Positions 26,634-36,777 of a stretch of DNA of 64,000 nucleotides are shown here, in pieces. Numbering within the stretch: position 1 is the stretch's first letter; each line of letters opens with the position of its first letter. The notes beneath the pieces are model-generated. The model had not been told where the DNA came from. It searched no databases and saw only the letters and a list, made by a program, of their open reading frames with translations. A program made the position numbers and the translations under genes. Where the stretch lies: the NCBI GenBank assembly GCA_045562555.1, contig JBJKVO010000015.1, positions 590,198 through 654,197 of the forward strand. The letters run 5' to 3'. Origin of the DNA: Dehalococcoidia bacterium (GTDB taxonomy: Bacteria > Chloroflexota > Dehalococcoidia > Lucifugimonadales > UBA3495).

Positions 26634-26721
26634 TTAAATATCCCTTATTTAATGAATTTGTATGGGTATTATACTATTTTTAAAGGGTATTTGGGAATGG
26701 GTCTCAAATATTCTGAAAATG

Positions 26722-28293
26722 TTATTCAGGTTTTCCCCAGGCTCCTCCCCCTGGTGTCTGAATGCTTATAATATCTCCGGGCGCTACATCTAGTGTTTCT
26801 TTGCCTTTAAGCTTAAATGATTCAAATCCTGATCGGTAAAGGATGTTTTGTCCTGTTTGGCCATCTCCGCCTCCTAAGGCTCCTGGTGGTGGGTTTTGAC
26901 GACGTTCAGACAGTATTGTGACTCTTGCTGGAGATAAAAATTCATAGTCTCTAATGACGCCATCGCCTCCGGAATTTAGCCCTGTTCCTCCTGAACCTTT
27001 ACGGATTGCATATTGCTTAATTCTTAAGGGGAAAGCAAATTCTAATGCTTCTATGGGCGTATTCATCGTATTAGTCATATGACTATGGATTGCGGATTCA
27101 CCTGATTTTGTAGGGGTTCCTCCCATGCCTCCTGCAATTGTTTCATAGTAGACAAAAGGGGTATGGTCGTGATGGTGATGGCCTCCTATGAGTATGTTAT
27201 TCATAGTTCCTTGACTTGATGCTGGAATTAATTCGGGTAATGCTTTAGCAAATGCTGCTAATAATATGTCAGTTATTCGTTGGGAAGTTTCGACATTTCC
27301 CCCCGCTACCCCTCTTTGTGGAAGAGGGTTGGTCACCGTACCTTCAGGTAGAGTGATAGTTATCGGTCTTAAACAACCTTGGTTTGCTGGTGCGGCTTCT
27401 CCTACTATGCATCTGATCACGTATAAGCATGCTGAAGTAGTAACGGCTTTCGGTGCATTTATACATCCAGGCCTTTCTTTGTCAGTGCCAGTGAAATCTA
27501 TATGAATTTGGTCATCTTGTATTGTTACCGTAACCTGTATTTTGACAGGGTCTTCTGTTAGCCCATCATCGTCCATGAAATCTTCAGCTCGGTATGTACC
27601 ATCCGGTATATTGTCGATGGTCTTACGTGTGATTATTTCTGAATATTCAAGTATTGCTTCCATATGTTCAGCAATACTATTTATGCCATACTTTGTGGTG
27701 ATGTCTTCTAATCTTCTTGCTCCTATCTTTATTGAAGCTATTTGTGCTGACAAATCACCTCTTCGTTCATCAGGTGTTCTAGAATTCCTGCAAATAAGAT
27801 CTACTATTTCGTTGTTGATAGAACCCTTATGCCCCAATTTTATAGGTGGAATTATCAAGCCTTCTTGATAGAGCTCAGTAGAGAGAGGTAATGACCCTGG
27901 TGTCATTCCTCCTACATCAGCATGGTGGCCCCTATTTGCAATATACCCTATTAATGAGTTTTCCTGAAATACAGGAGCTAACATAGTGATATCTGGTAAA
28001 TGGGTGCCTCCCATGTAAGGATCATTAAGAATGATTATGTCGTCGGATTCGAGTGCAGTACCGAATTTTTGTAATGCGGCCTCTACGGAAGCAGGCATGG
28101 CTCCTAAGTGGACAGGCTGGTGAGCTGCTTGGGCAACCATTTGGCCTGTTTGATCGAAAACGGCGCAGGAAAAATCTTTGCGTTCTTTGATGTTTGGAGA
28201 ATACGAGGTTCGCTGTAAAGTAACTCCCATTTCATCCGCGATGGAGATTAATAGGTTCTTTATTACCTCTAAACTTATTGGATCTACTGCCAT
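26722..28293 (-). CDS. Hydantoinase B / oxoprolinase family protein
   Basis: DPISLEVIKN, RTSYSPNIKERKDFSCAVFD, NDPYMGGTHLPD, GGGAWGKP tail. Adjacent to the HyuA-type subunit. Confidence 0.85.
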   Translation of the reverse strand: MAVDPISLEVIKNLLISIADEMGVTLQRTSYSPNIKERKDFSCAVFDQTGQMVAQAAHQPVHLGAMPASVEAALQKFGTALESDDIIILNDPYMGGTHLPDITMLAPVFQENSLIGYIANRGHHADVGGMTPGSLPLSTELYQEGLIIPPIKLGHKGSINNEIVDLICRNSRTPDERRGDLSAQIASIKIGARRLEDITTKYGINSIAEHMEAILEYSEIITRKTIDNIPDGTYRAEDFMDDDGLTEDPVKIQVTVTIQDDQIHIDFTGTDKERPGCINAPKAVTTSACLYVIRCIVGEAAPANQGCLRPITITLPEGTVTNPLPQRGVAGGNVETSQRITDILLAAFAKALPELIPASSQGTMNNILIGGHHHHDHTPFVYYETIAGGMGGTPTKSGESAIHSHMTNTMNTPIEALEFAFPLRIKQYAIRKGSGGTGLNSGGDGVIRDYEFLSPARVTILSERRQNPPPGALGGGDGQTGQNILYRSGFESFKLKGKETLDVAPGDIISIQTPGGGAWGKPE

Positions 28294-28385
28294 GCTATAG
28301 CCTTCATATGGTTTTCAGATTCATTCTGAAGCAGAGGTTATGAAAGGTCAACTATTAGGGTGGTTAAAGAGAACACAAAGTGATG

Positions 28386-30404
28386 CTATATTGACTTAAG
28401 AATTAAGTTGTTCAGTTGGTCTTTCTGTGCGACCCAACCAGGGAATACAGGTATGCTAGTGTCGAATTGGGTTATCAAAGCAGGCCCCTTTATTTTTTGG
28501 TTCACTTGGATATTCTGACGGTTATACACAGGGGTCATTAGGCTGGTAGTTTGAAAATATATAGGCCTCTTATCTATAGGCTTACTATCAATGGAAGCCT
28601 TTGGTGAATTAGCCTCAGGTATTTGTGTTGTACTTGGCAGTATTGCTTTTAATCTTACATTCACTACTTCAATGTTTTGTGATGTATCACAGTAACCAAA
28701 ACGTTGCTGGTGAGCTGTTTCGAAATCAGTTGTTATTAAGCTTTGTAACTCTTCGCTGTCTTTAATGTTGGATGCAGGGAATGGGATTAGCAGTTCGTAA
28801 GACTGGCCTACATATCTTATATCTATATAACGGTTGAATATAAGATTGGCGGTATTGAGACTTTCAGATTTAAAGTCTGAACGTGCATTACTTTCCATGC
28901 CGTTATATTCTGTTTCTAGTTGCTCCAGCATTTGATGTCCTGGAGTAATCATTACAGTTCTAGAGTAATCTTTAGATATATCTGCTATAGCGACGCCTAA
29001 TGCAGATAGTACTCCTGGATAAGGAGGAATGAACACTGTAGATATACCTATCTCGTTAGACAGTTCACATGCATGTAGAGCTCCTGCTCCTCCAAAAGGT
29101 AAAAGAGCGAAGTCCCTCGGATCATGCCCTCGTTCTAATGAGATCGAACGAATGGCTCGCTCCATGTTGGCATTGACCACTTTTATTATTCCTAATGCTG
29201 CATCGGTTTCAGATGAATTTATTTCTGTGGCTAATCTGGTGATGGAATCTCGGGCCTTTTCGACGTCTAGTTGAATTGTTCCCCCTAGGAAAAAGTCTGG
29301 TTGGATTCTTCCCAAGATAAGGTTTGCATCAGTCACAGTTATATCATTGCCAAGTCCATAGCAAGCTGGGCCAGGATCGGATCCAGCGGATGAAGGCCCC
29401 ACGGATAATGAACCTCCCGCATTTATCGCTGCTATTGAACCACCTCCAGCGCCGACTGTATGTATTTCTATCATGGGAATACTTATGGGATATCCTGATA
29501 TGTTGGCTTGAGTGGTTTCTTGAATACGGTTGGGGCATATAGATACGTCAGTTGATGTGCCTCCCATGTCTATAGATATAATTTGGTCAATACCAGCTTG
29601 TTTGGCAGTCCTGTAAGCTCCAACTACTCCTCCTGCGGGACCACTGAGTATGGTTCGGACCGGCTCTTTAGAGGCTAATTGGGAGGTTATGCTTCCTCCA
29701 GAGGATTGCATCACTCTGATTGGATGTTCGACTTTACTAGTGAGGTTGTCCATGTATTGTGAAACTTTCGGACCCACATATGAATTTATGACTACTGTGC
29801 TAGTTCTTTCATATTCACGAAATTCAGGCACGATCTCACTTGATATTGAGGCGTAAATCAAAGGGATCTGCGATTTTAATTTTTCTAGTATCAATTGTTC
29901 ATGAGCAGGATTTAGAAAAGAAAACAATAGACTTACTGCCACAGATTCCGCTGCACTATCTTTGATTTGGGATATTATTTGCTCCAACAAGTCGTTATCT
30001 AGATCTTCAATAATGATTCCATTGCTATCAGTTCTTTCGGTAAGCCCGTATCTCATGTTCTGATTTGCTAATGGTTCGGGCTTTTGTACATTAAAGTCAT
30101 ATAAATCTGGTCTGCTTTGTCTCCCAATTTCTAGCACGTCTTCGAATCCCTTGGTAGTTATGAGAGCTGTCAGCGCACCAGTTTTCTCTAGTAGTGCATT
30201 AGTCGCAATAGTCGTCCCATGCACAAATTCTCCTGAAGTGATATTCAATTCCTTCAATCCATTAATCACCGCCTGAGATGGATCTAACGGAGTCGAAGGG
30301 ACTTTAGTAACTGTGATACCTTCATTTTGTAGCAGGATTATATCGGTGAAGGTTCCACCGATGTCTATACCTACTAAGCATGTATTTTGATAAGTGTTTG
30401 ACAT
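28386..30404 (-). CDS. Hydantoinase A / oxoprolinase (acetone-carboxylase beta-like) family protein
   Basis: VGIDIGGTFTDI, HGTTIATNALLE, DMGGTSTDV, VGAGGGSIA, the typical HyuA order. 672 aa. Confidence 0.85.
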   Translation of the reverse strand: MSNTYQNTCLVGIDIGGTFTDIILLQNEGITVTKVPSTPLDPSQAVINGLKELNITSGEFVHGTTIATNALLEKTGALTALITTKGFEDVLEIGRQSRPDLYDFNVQKPEPLANQNMRYGLTERTDSNGIIIEDLDNDLLEQIISQIKDSAAESVAVSLLFSFLNPAHEQLILEKLKSQIPLIYASISSEIVPEFREYERTSTVVINSYVGPKVSQYMDNLTSKVEHPIRVMQSSGGSITSQLASKEPVRTILSGPAGGVVGAYRTAKQAGIDQIISIDMGGTSTDVSICPNRIQETTQANISGYPISIPMIEIHTVGAGGGSIAAINAGGSLSVGPSSAGSDPGPACYGLGNDITVTDANLILGRIQPDFFLGGTIQLDVEKARDSITRLATEINSSETDAALGIIKVVNANMERAIRSISLERGHDPRDFALLPFGGAGALHACELSNEIGISTVFIPPYPGVLSALGVAIADISKDYSRTVMITPGHQMLEQLETEYNGMESNARSDFKSESLNTANLIFNRYIDIRYVGQSYELLIPFPASNIKDSEELQSLITTDFETAHQQRFGYCDTSQNIEVVNVRLKAILPSTTQIPEANSPKASIDSKPIDKRPIYFQTTSLMTPVYNRQNIQVNQKIKGPALITQFDTSIPVFPGWVAQKDQLNNLILKSI

Positions 30405-30413
30405 TGGTTTATC

Positions 30414-31133
30414 TTAAGCTTGGTCCAAAGCGATTCGTAATCTTTTATTGATTCTTCCTTTGCTTTCATGCCCGGTGACCTTTATGAATCCTACTTCAGA
30501 TGTGGTTTTGACATGGGTGCCTCCGTCCGCTTGAAGATCGAGCCCACTGATGTCGATCGTGCGTATTTCAGAGATTCCTTCAGGGAGCAAGTTGATTTTT
30601 GTTCTTATCAGATCTGGAACTTGGTTCGCTTCTTGTCGCGTAAGGAAATTTATTATAATGGGCTTATTATCATTTACTTCTAGATTAATAGCTTCTTCGA
30701 TCTGTTCAGAAAATTCAGCTGTCATATTGTCAAATTCAAAATCCATTCGAGCAGTCCCTGGTTGCATATCTCCACCAGTGACTTGTGCTTTATGGTCTCG
30801 CCATACGACTCCGCATAGTATATGCAATGCCGTGTGCGTTCTCATCAGGGTATACCTTCTGTTCCAATCTATCTCTGCTATTACTGATTGACCTACAGTA
30901 ATACCAGGATCATTTTCTATCCAATGAATAATTTCTCCTTTGACATTTTGTACTTTGATAACGTTTGCGATTTTCGATTCGAAAGAAAGGATGCCCAGAT
31001 CGTGTGGTTGTCCCCCTCCTCCGGGGTAAAATACTGTTTTATCCAGTATTATGCCGTTATCTTCCACAATTTTTACTACTGTAGCACTGGAAGATTGAAG
31101 GTAAGAGTCTTTGTGAAATAATAAGTCCGTCAT
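30414..31133 (-). CDS. AlaX-type alanyl-tRNA editing protein (Thr/Ala-tRNA synthetase second additional domain)
   Basis: Zn motif HTALHIL...W, GGTHV and a free-standing size of about 240 aa. Confidence 0.75.
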   Translation of the reverse strand: MTDLLFHKDSYLQSSSATVVKIVEDNGIILDKTVFYPGGGGQPHDLGILSFESKIANVIKVQNVKGEIIHWIENDPGITVGQSVIAEIDWNRRYTLMRTHTALHILCGVVWRDHKAQVTGGDMQPGTARMDFEFDNMTAEFSEQIEEAINLEVNDNKPIIINFLTRQEANQVPDLIRTKINLLPEGISEIRTIDISGLDLQADGGTHVKTTSEVGFIKVTGHESKGRINKRLRIALDQA

Positions 31134-31275
31134 ATTCCCTCCGTCCGGAGATTATATCAAACAAAATAAAAGCATATATTTATTCGGTTTATACATGAAA
31201 AGTGATGCTTGTCTTTCAAAACACAGGCTGACATAATATTCTTTAGAGTACAGTTATTCTATTCATAAGGTTGAT

Positions 31276-32421
31276 TTGATGAGACTATCATGCTTGCAAG
31301 AAAATTTAAGTAAAGGCCTAGCTGTAGTAGGCAGAGCGGTTGCCACCAGATCTACGTTGCCAGTGACTCAAAATGTGCTAATTAGTACAGATCAGTCCAG
31401 GCTAAAATTATCTGCTACTAACTTGGAGATTGCGATTACTACTTGGATAGGTGCTTCAATTGAAGATGAAGGAGCCATAACCTTGCCTGCACGAATTCTT
31501 ACAGAATTCGTAAATACGTTGGAAGGTGACAAAATCGATGTTTCTTTGCCAGAAGGTAATGGGATATTAAGTATTTCGAGTGGAAGATCGAAAGCGACTA
31601 TAAATGGTATAGATGCAGAAGAATTTCCTCCAATCCCAACTGTGTTAGATGGTATTAGAGCAGTAATAAATGCAGGCGTATTAAAGAAAGCAATTTCGAG
31701 AGTTGCATTCGCAGCTGCCACTGAAGAATCTCGTCCGGTCCTGACGGGTGTAGAGTTAAAACTTGAAGGGGACGATTTCAGTTTGGCTGCTGCTGACGGG
31801 TTTAGGCTTGCTGTACAAAAAGATAAATTGACCGAACCAATAGATGGAAACATAGAGGTTATAATACCTGCCAGAACTATGAATGAGCTTAATAGATTGA
31901 TATCTGATGACTCTCAAGAAATTGAAGTGGTCATGACGCCCACTAGGGGGCAAATATTATTCAGGAGTGGTGATATTGAAATAGTGTCACAACTACTGCA
32001 AGGTAATTTCCCGAATTACCAGCAGTTATTGCCTGAAGAATATTCAACGAAATCTACTTTCGATACTAATGCTCTCCAGAGAGCTGTCCGTTCAGCTTCA
32101 ATATTTGCAAGGGATGGTAGCAATATAGTCAGAATGCAATTAATCCCTCCTACAGAAGAAGAAGAAGATAATGGGAAAGCTTTGATTTCTGCTAGATCCG
32201 AAGAAGTGGGTGATAACGAAGATGTTGTCGATGCTGAATCACTAGAAGGGGAAGAATCTAAAATTGCTTTCAACAGTCGTTATTTAATGGATGTATTAGC
32301 GGTACTGGATAAAGGCAATCTAGTGCTTGAGACTACCACTGCATCTAGCCCAGGGGTTTTTAAACCGCTTGAAGATGACGGCTATACTCATGTAATTATG
32401 CCGATGTTTGTTCAATGGTAA
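31276..32421 (+). CDS. dnaN: DNA polymerase III beta sliding clamp
   Basis: LPVTQNVLI, LKLSATNLEI, ATEESRPVLTGV, AADGFRLA, FNSRYLMDVL, IMPMFV. TTG at 31276 or ATG at 31279. Confidence 0.9.
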   Translation: MMRLSCLQENLSKGLAVVGRAVATRSTLPVTQNVLISTDQSRLKLSATNLEIAITTWIGASIEDEGAITLPARILTEFVNTLEGDKIDVSLPEGNGILSISSGRSKATINGIDAEEFPPIPTVLDGIRAVINAGVLKKAISRVAFAAATEESRPVLTGVELKLEGDDFSLAAADGFRLAVQKDKLTEPIDGNIEVIIPARTMNELNRLISDDSQEIEVVMTPTRGQILFRSGDIEIVSQLLQGNFPNYQQLLPEEYSTKSTFDTNALQRAVRSASIFARDGSNIVRMQLIPPTEEEEDNGKALISARSEEVGDNEDVVDAESLEGEESKIAFNSRYLMDVLAVLDKGNLVLETTTASSPGVFKPLEDDGYTHVIMPMFVQW

Positions 32422-32431
32422 TCTAGGTGAA

Positions 32432-32455
32432 ATTGCATTTGCAATGCTTTATTTC
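32432..32455 (+). terminator. Weak candidate terminator after dnaN
   Basis: attgc-attt-gcaat (5-bp stem) followed by gctttatttc. The short stem keeps confidence low. Confidence 0.25.
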
Positions 32456-32853
32456 AACTAAACTACGCGCAATTCAGATAGCTTGTTTCTGATACCTCCG
32501 TATAAATTTCCTATATTGTCCAGTTTGCTTACTATTAGATGTACAGGTCCCTCCTGTAATTGGTAAATTTCAAATGATATTTCCAAGCAACCTCATCAAT
32601 CACTACTTATAAACGGTTTACTGTATCTCGACTGATGCGGAGATCTTGGGCATACTGCACGAGTAATATGCGTCTAAAGAACCATGAGCATCTTAACTCG
32701 TAATATGTATTATGCTGTTCGTAAGTTTACATAATATTTGAGTGAGTTTTCGTAATATTTCTTTAAATATGTTGCTATTTTCGTTTACTAAGTATCAATT
32801 GAACGAGATAATAGTTTTGATATTTTAAAATTACACTTCTAAGGGAGGTAACT

Positions 32854-33498
32854 ATGGATTCATATACACCTAATAAGGTTGGAGGTTTATGCCTCATTAT
32901 CGGGCCCGCACTTGCAACGCTAATATACATATTAAGCGAAATGCTGTTTTCAACTGGAGCGGGACTCTCTCCTGCGGACTTCGGTGGCCGCGCAAATGCC
33001 GCTGCAAATGCTTTGGCATATGAAAGACTCATATTGTTGGTGATACCAGTAGCATTAGTGTGTGCATACCATGGACTAAGAGTAGTACACGGAATGTGCA
33101 AAGCTGATGGAGTAGGAGATGGGTTTACAGGATTGGGATCAACGCTGTTCTTATTCAATATCATTAGTATTGTTTTAGCAATAGGAGCCCTCCAGGCTTT
33201 TGCTTGGGTTGGAGGCAATTCCGATATCTCTGCTATGCTCGGTGGAGTACAAACTATGGGAGGATTGGTAGGCGCTATTGGCATAATGTTCTTTGCTTTG
33301 GGGCTTTCGACTCGAGGAGAATTCAATAAAATCTTTTCGTTAATAATTGCAATATTGTTTGCTATCAGTGCTGTAGCCGGCGTGGTTGCTATGAATGATA
33401 CTAGTTCATGGGAAATAATCAGTGCTTACTGGGGATTAACATATATAGCAATATCTGCGTATTCGATTCATATCGGCTTAGTCATTATAAAGAAGTAA
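32854..33498 (+). CDS. Hypothetical polytopic membrane protein
   Basis: GGAGG RBS (aagggaggtaact) upstream of the ATG and about 6 hydrophobic segments. No family recognised. The overlapping minus ORF 32775-33326 looks spurious. Confidence 0.4.
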   Translation: MDSYTPNKVGGLCLIIGPALATLIYILSEMLFSTGAGLSPADFGGRANAAANALAYERLILLVIPVALVCAYHGLRVVHGMCKADGVGDGFTGLGSTLFLFNIISIVLAIGALQAFAWVGGNSDISAMLGGVQTMGGLVGAIGIMFFALGLSTRGEFNKIFSLIIAILFAISAVAGVVAMNDTSSWEIISAYWGLTYIAISAYSIHIGLVIIKK

Positions 33499-33518
33499 TC
33501 GGAACGGGCTGGTACTTT

Positions 33519-34019
33519 TTAATAATTGTAATTTGCACATAAGGCGCAGGTAGACTCTGGGATCAGTCCTAGGTTAATTAATGTTTTAAATATCTTGCAA
33601 CCGAAACAGTAACCTAGTGCTGATTCCAGAAATGCAAATACAGATAATATCACGAGGAATGTTGCTGATATTATAGAAAAACCCAATGCGAGGCTAATCA
33701 AAATGATAGCGGAAGTTATTAAACCTATCATTTGAGCAAACCTTTTAGGAGGGCCGGGCACAAATTTTTCATTAAATGATGTATTCGGTACTATTACTTT
33801 TGTGACGATTAGTGCTAATGGACTGAACTTTGGTCCGAAACCTACTCGTGCTGCAAATCCGCATAACAACATCGTGATGGGTATATACGCTAGGTATGTT
33901 TCAATTAGCACAAGCAAAAGTGCAGTTACCGACATACTGAGCACGCCAAGGGCCACAAATCGAGCAGCGACGTCATTAATTAATTCAGGGAAAGGGAAAT
34001 ACTTTCCTAATTGATTCAT
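33519..34019 (-). CDS. DUF4395-like membrane protein
   Basis: Four TM segments with a C-terminal GYCFGCKIF motif, as in the DUF4395 family. Confidence 0.45.
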   Translation of the reverse strand: MNQLGKYFPFPELINDVAARFVALGVLSMSVTALLLVLIETYLAYIPITMLLCGFAARVGFGPKFSPLALIVTKVIVPNTSFNEKFVPGPPKRFAQMIGLITSAIILISLALGFSIISATFLVILSVFAFLESALGYCFGCKIFKTLINLGLIPESTCALCANYNY

Positions 34020-34139
34020 GTTGTTTTGCTCCGAAAGATTAACAAATTATTGAATGCATACTACTACAAACATAATAATTTGAAAATTGAAAGTCTGGGA
34101 TAGACATCGGTATATCTCTTAGGTAGAATTCGCGAACTA

Positions 34140-34823
34140 TTGGAGCGGGAAGTACGTATGAATGATGACAATCTACGAAAAACTAGGAAAACAAGGGTAA
34201 TCAGAAATCCTTCACGGGGAATTTATGACAGAGAAACGGCTTATGAGATCATAGATAGCACACCTATGTGCCATGTTTCTTACACTATAGATTCACAACC
34301 TTACATAACACCTACATTTCAGTGGCGAAAAGAGAATTGGATTTATTGGCACGGTTCATCCGCTAGCAGATTTCTTAAGTCTGCAGAATCTACTCCAGTG
34401 GCAATTAATATATTCCAATTTGATGGATTGGTGTTGGCCAGGAGTGGGCTACATCATTCGGCTAATTACAGGTCAGTAACATTGTTTGGAATCGCTGAAT
34501 TAATCTCTGATAGTAGAAAAGAAGAAGCATTAAAAGATTTTGTAGACAATTTGATACCTGGCAGATGGGAAACGCTGCGTCCAGTGAAGCCTCAAGAGAT
34601 TAGAGCCACCATGATACTTGGAATGCCTATCGATGAAGGATCTGTGAAAGTTAGATCAGGAGCACCCGTAGATGACGCCGAAGATTATGATCTTCCCATC
34701 TGGGCAGGAGTTATTCCTTTTCGCACGTCTATAGGGGAAGCGGTTCCTGACTCTGTTTTACCATCTCACATTGATGTTCCAGATCACATAAAAGGGTTTA
34801 GATTGGGCAGAAAAATTGATTAA
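34140..34823 (+). CDS. Pyridoxamine 5'-phosphate oxidase-like (FMN-binding split-barrel) family protein
   Basis: RNPSRGIYDRETAYEIIDSTPMCHVSY, WIYWHGSSASR, NYRSVTLFG, the typical pattern of the Pyridox_ox_2 group. Confidence 0.65.
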   Translation: MEREVRMNDDNLRKTRKTRVIRNPSRGIYDRETAYEIIDSTPMCHVSYTIDSQPYITPTFQWRKENWIYWHGSSASRFLKSAESTPVAINIFQFDGLVLARSGLHHSANYRSVTLFGIAELISDSRKEEALKDFVDNLIPGRWETLRPVKPQEIRATMILGMPIDEGSVKVRSGAPVDDAEDYDLPIWAGVIPFRTSIGEAVPDSVLPSHIDVPDHIKGFRLGRKID

Positions 34824-34827
34824 GTGA

Positions 34828-35577
34828 TTATTTAGTGGCGAGTATAGATATGCTGTATACGGACTTCATCCATTCATGTTCTGAATCTGGTTGATACACT
34901 CTTTCTGAAATGGTCTCAACGGATGTGAACCCCGCATCACTTATAGATTCTAGGTAATCGGCTTTTAGTAGAGCCCCTGATAGACAATGACACCAATTGT
35001 CATCAGTGATAGCTTCATCAGGTAAATTCCCAGAAAGTACTATATCGCATATTTGGAGCCGTCCTTGATTTTTCAATATACGAAATGCTTCTTTAAACAC
35101 TTTGTTCTTGTCAGGGGCAAGATTTATGACGCAGTTTGAGAGTATAACGTCGACTGATTCGGAGGCAATACCCGTCTGATCAATTTGATTTTCAATAAAT
35201 TCAACGTTCTGAATTCCCAATTTCTCTTTGTTTTTGTTAGCTAAATTAATCATAGCTGGCGTCATATCTACTCCGTAGACTTTCCCGTTAGGCCCGGTTT
35301 GTTTGGATGCGAGGAAACAATCAATTCCTCCTCCACTACCGAAATCAACAACGGTTTCATTAGGTCGGATGGTACTAATAGTTAAAGGATTGCCACATCC
35401 AGCGGATACTTCAGTTACAGTGGGTATTAATGTTACGAGCTCTTCTTTGGGGTATTCTGGAGAATTATTCGCATATCCATTTGATTCCTCCCCGCAGCAG
35501 TCGTTAGAAGAAACTGCTAAATCGGTATATCGGTTAGTAACGTTAATAATGATTTGATTGTTGTCAGAAGTTTGCAT
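34828..35577 (-). CDS. arsM: Arsenite S-adenosylmethionine methyltransferase-like protein
   Basis: N-terminal CCG and AGCGNP Cys motifs, SAM motif VVDFGSGGGIDCFLA...GKVYGVDMT, SNCVINLAPDK, and a C-terminal CHCLSGAL Cys. Confidence 0.65.
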   Translation of the reverse strand: MQTSDNNQIIINVTNRYTDLAVSSNDCCGEESNGYANNSPEYPKEELVTLIPTVTEVSAGCGNPLTISTIRPNETVVDFGSGGGIDCFLASKQTGPNGKVYGVDMTPAMINLANKNKEKLGIQNVEFIENQIDQTGIASESVDVILSNCVINLAPDKNKVFKEAFRILKNQGRLQICDIVLSGNLPDEAITDDNWCHCLSGALLKADYLESISDAGFTSVETISERVYQPDSEHEWMKSVYSISILATK

Positions 35578-36740
35578 TATTTTTTTACACCCATTGCGTC
35601 AGCTCCATCAACCTGTAGTAAGAAATTAGCATAATTTTCATAAGATGACATATTTACCATCATATGCTGGCCAGTCGCTGCCACATCACGGTAACATTTC
35701 TGTAATTTACTATCAAGGTACAGCGCACCGCCACCCCCGTATTTGAATGCAATTTGGGTCACTTCCTCAGAAACTTCTGTGGCATATACCCCAGAATTTC
35801 GCATTTCACTTTGTATTAATGGAGGAGGTACCATTTTTTGAGTGGTGTATTCCCATGCTTTGAGGTGACTTTCTTTGACTAGAGCCCTTGCTGCTGCTAA
35901 TTTGGTCTGAGCGAATCCTAGGTCTTTTTTAAAGTATCCCCTTTCTGATACTGCTTTTAGGTCAGAATTGTATCCACGCATTTTATGCTTAGATATTTCC
36001 ACTATTGTTTCCAAAGCTCTTTTTGCGATACCCAGTGCAACTGCAGCATGATCAATAGTAACAAATCCCGGACGTCCAAGATAATTCATAGGGCCACCTC
36101 TTAGAGGGACTTCGTTATTAATAGGGAAAGTAAAATCGTCTGATACAAATACCTCTTCAGCTGAATAGCTGCAGCTACCAGTGCCTTTGAGTCCCATTAC
36201 TTTCCAATTATCATGAATCGTTAAATTGGAAGTTGGCACGCACGCAATTCTGGGAGACGAATGTTTCTCATTTTCTACTACGAATCCTCCAGAAACCCAA
36301 GTGCTTTGATTGATTCCACTCGAAAAATACCAAGTTCCTGATAGTATAAATCCGCCTTTTGTTCTGACCCCTTTGCCTGAGGGGCTGGGTACACTAGCTG
36401 CTAAAGGAATCTCATTGTTGTTAAATATAGTGTTGATAGCTACTTTCGGAAGGAAAGCTCCAGGTCTCCCTATAGCGCTGTTACCTATCATTGTATTCCA
36501 TCCAATGGCGCCATCTATGCGACTTAATTCCTCGATAACATCCATATAGGTAACGATGTCAGCATCAATACCACCAAGTTCTGATGCTAACTTCATAGTG
36601 AAAAGTCCGTTGTCTCTAAGTATTTGTACAACGTCCATAGGTAATTTGCCCAGACTATCCGCATCTGCACATTTTCTTTCGAGCTCTGGTGCTAATTCTT
36701 TAACTTTATCTAAAAGTGTCTGTTCTTCCATCATTTTCAA
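35577..36740 (-). CDS. Acyl-CoA-dehydrogenase-fold flavoprotein (ACAD type 2 / group D flavin monooxygenase-like), paralog A
   Basis: About 387 aa with the three-domain ACAD layout. Highly similar to the neighbouring 36778-37947 (shared DSDILTYMDVIEE.SRID..IGWNTMIGNS.IG.PG, RGGP.NYLGRPGFVT.DHAA.ALG..KR.LETI.EISK.K.RGYN). Confidence 0.65.
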   Translation of the reverse strand: MKMMEEQTLLDKVKELAPELERKCADADSLGKLPMDVVQILRDNGLFTMKLASELGGIDADIVTYMDVIEELSRIDGAIGWNTMIGNSAIGRPGAFLPKVAINTIFNNNEIPLAASVPSPSGKGVRTKGGFILSGTWYFSSGINQSTWVSGGFVVENEKHSSPRIACVPTSNLTIHDNWKVMGLKGTGSCSYSAEEVFVSDDFTFPINNEVPLRGGPMNYLGRPGFVTIDHAAVALGIAKRALETIVEISKHKMRGYNSDLKAVSERGYFKKDLGFAQTKLAAARALVKESHLKAWEYTTQKMVPPPLIQSEMRNSGVYATEVSEEVTQIAFKYGGGGALYLDSKLQKCYRDVAATGQHMMVNMSSYENYANFLLQVDGADAMGVKK

Positions 36741-36777
36741 GTTTCCCCAAAATAACTAAAAATTTGCTGGCACAGTA

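Noticed and set aside
31134-31275. Chromosomal origin next to dnaN
   Set aside because: There is no dnaA gene and I could find no clustered DnaA-box-like 9-mers in either dnaN flank.
32775-33326. 183-aa minus-strand ORF overlapping the membrane-protein gene 32854-33498
   Set aside because: It is a Pro/Ala/Ser-rich antisense translation. The plus-strand ORF has a strong GGAGG RBS and coherent TM segments.
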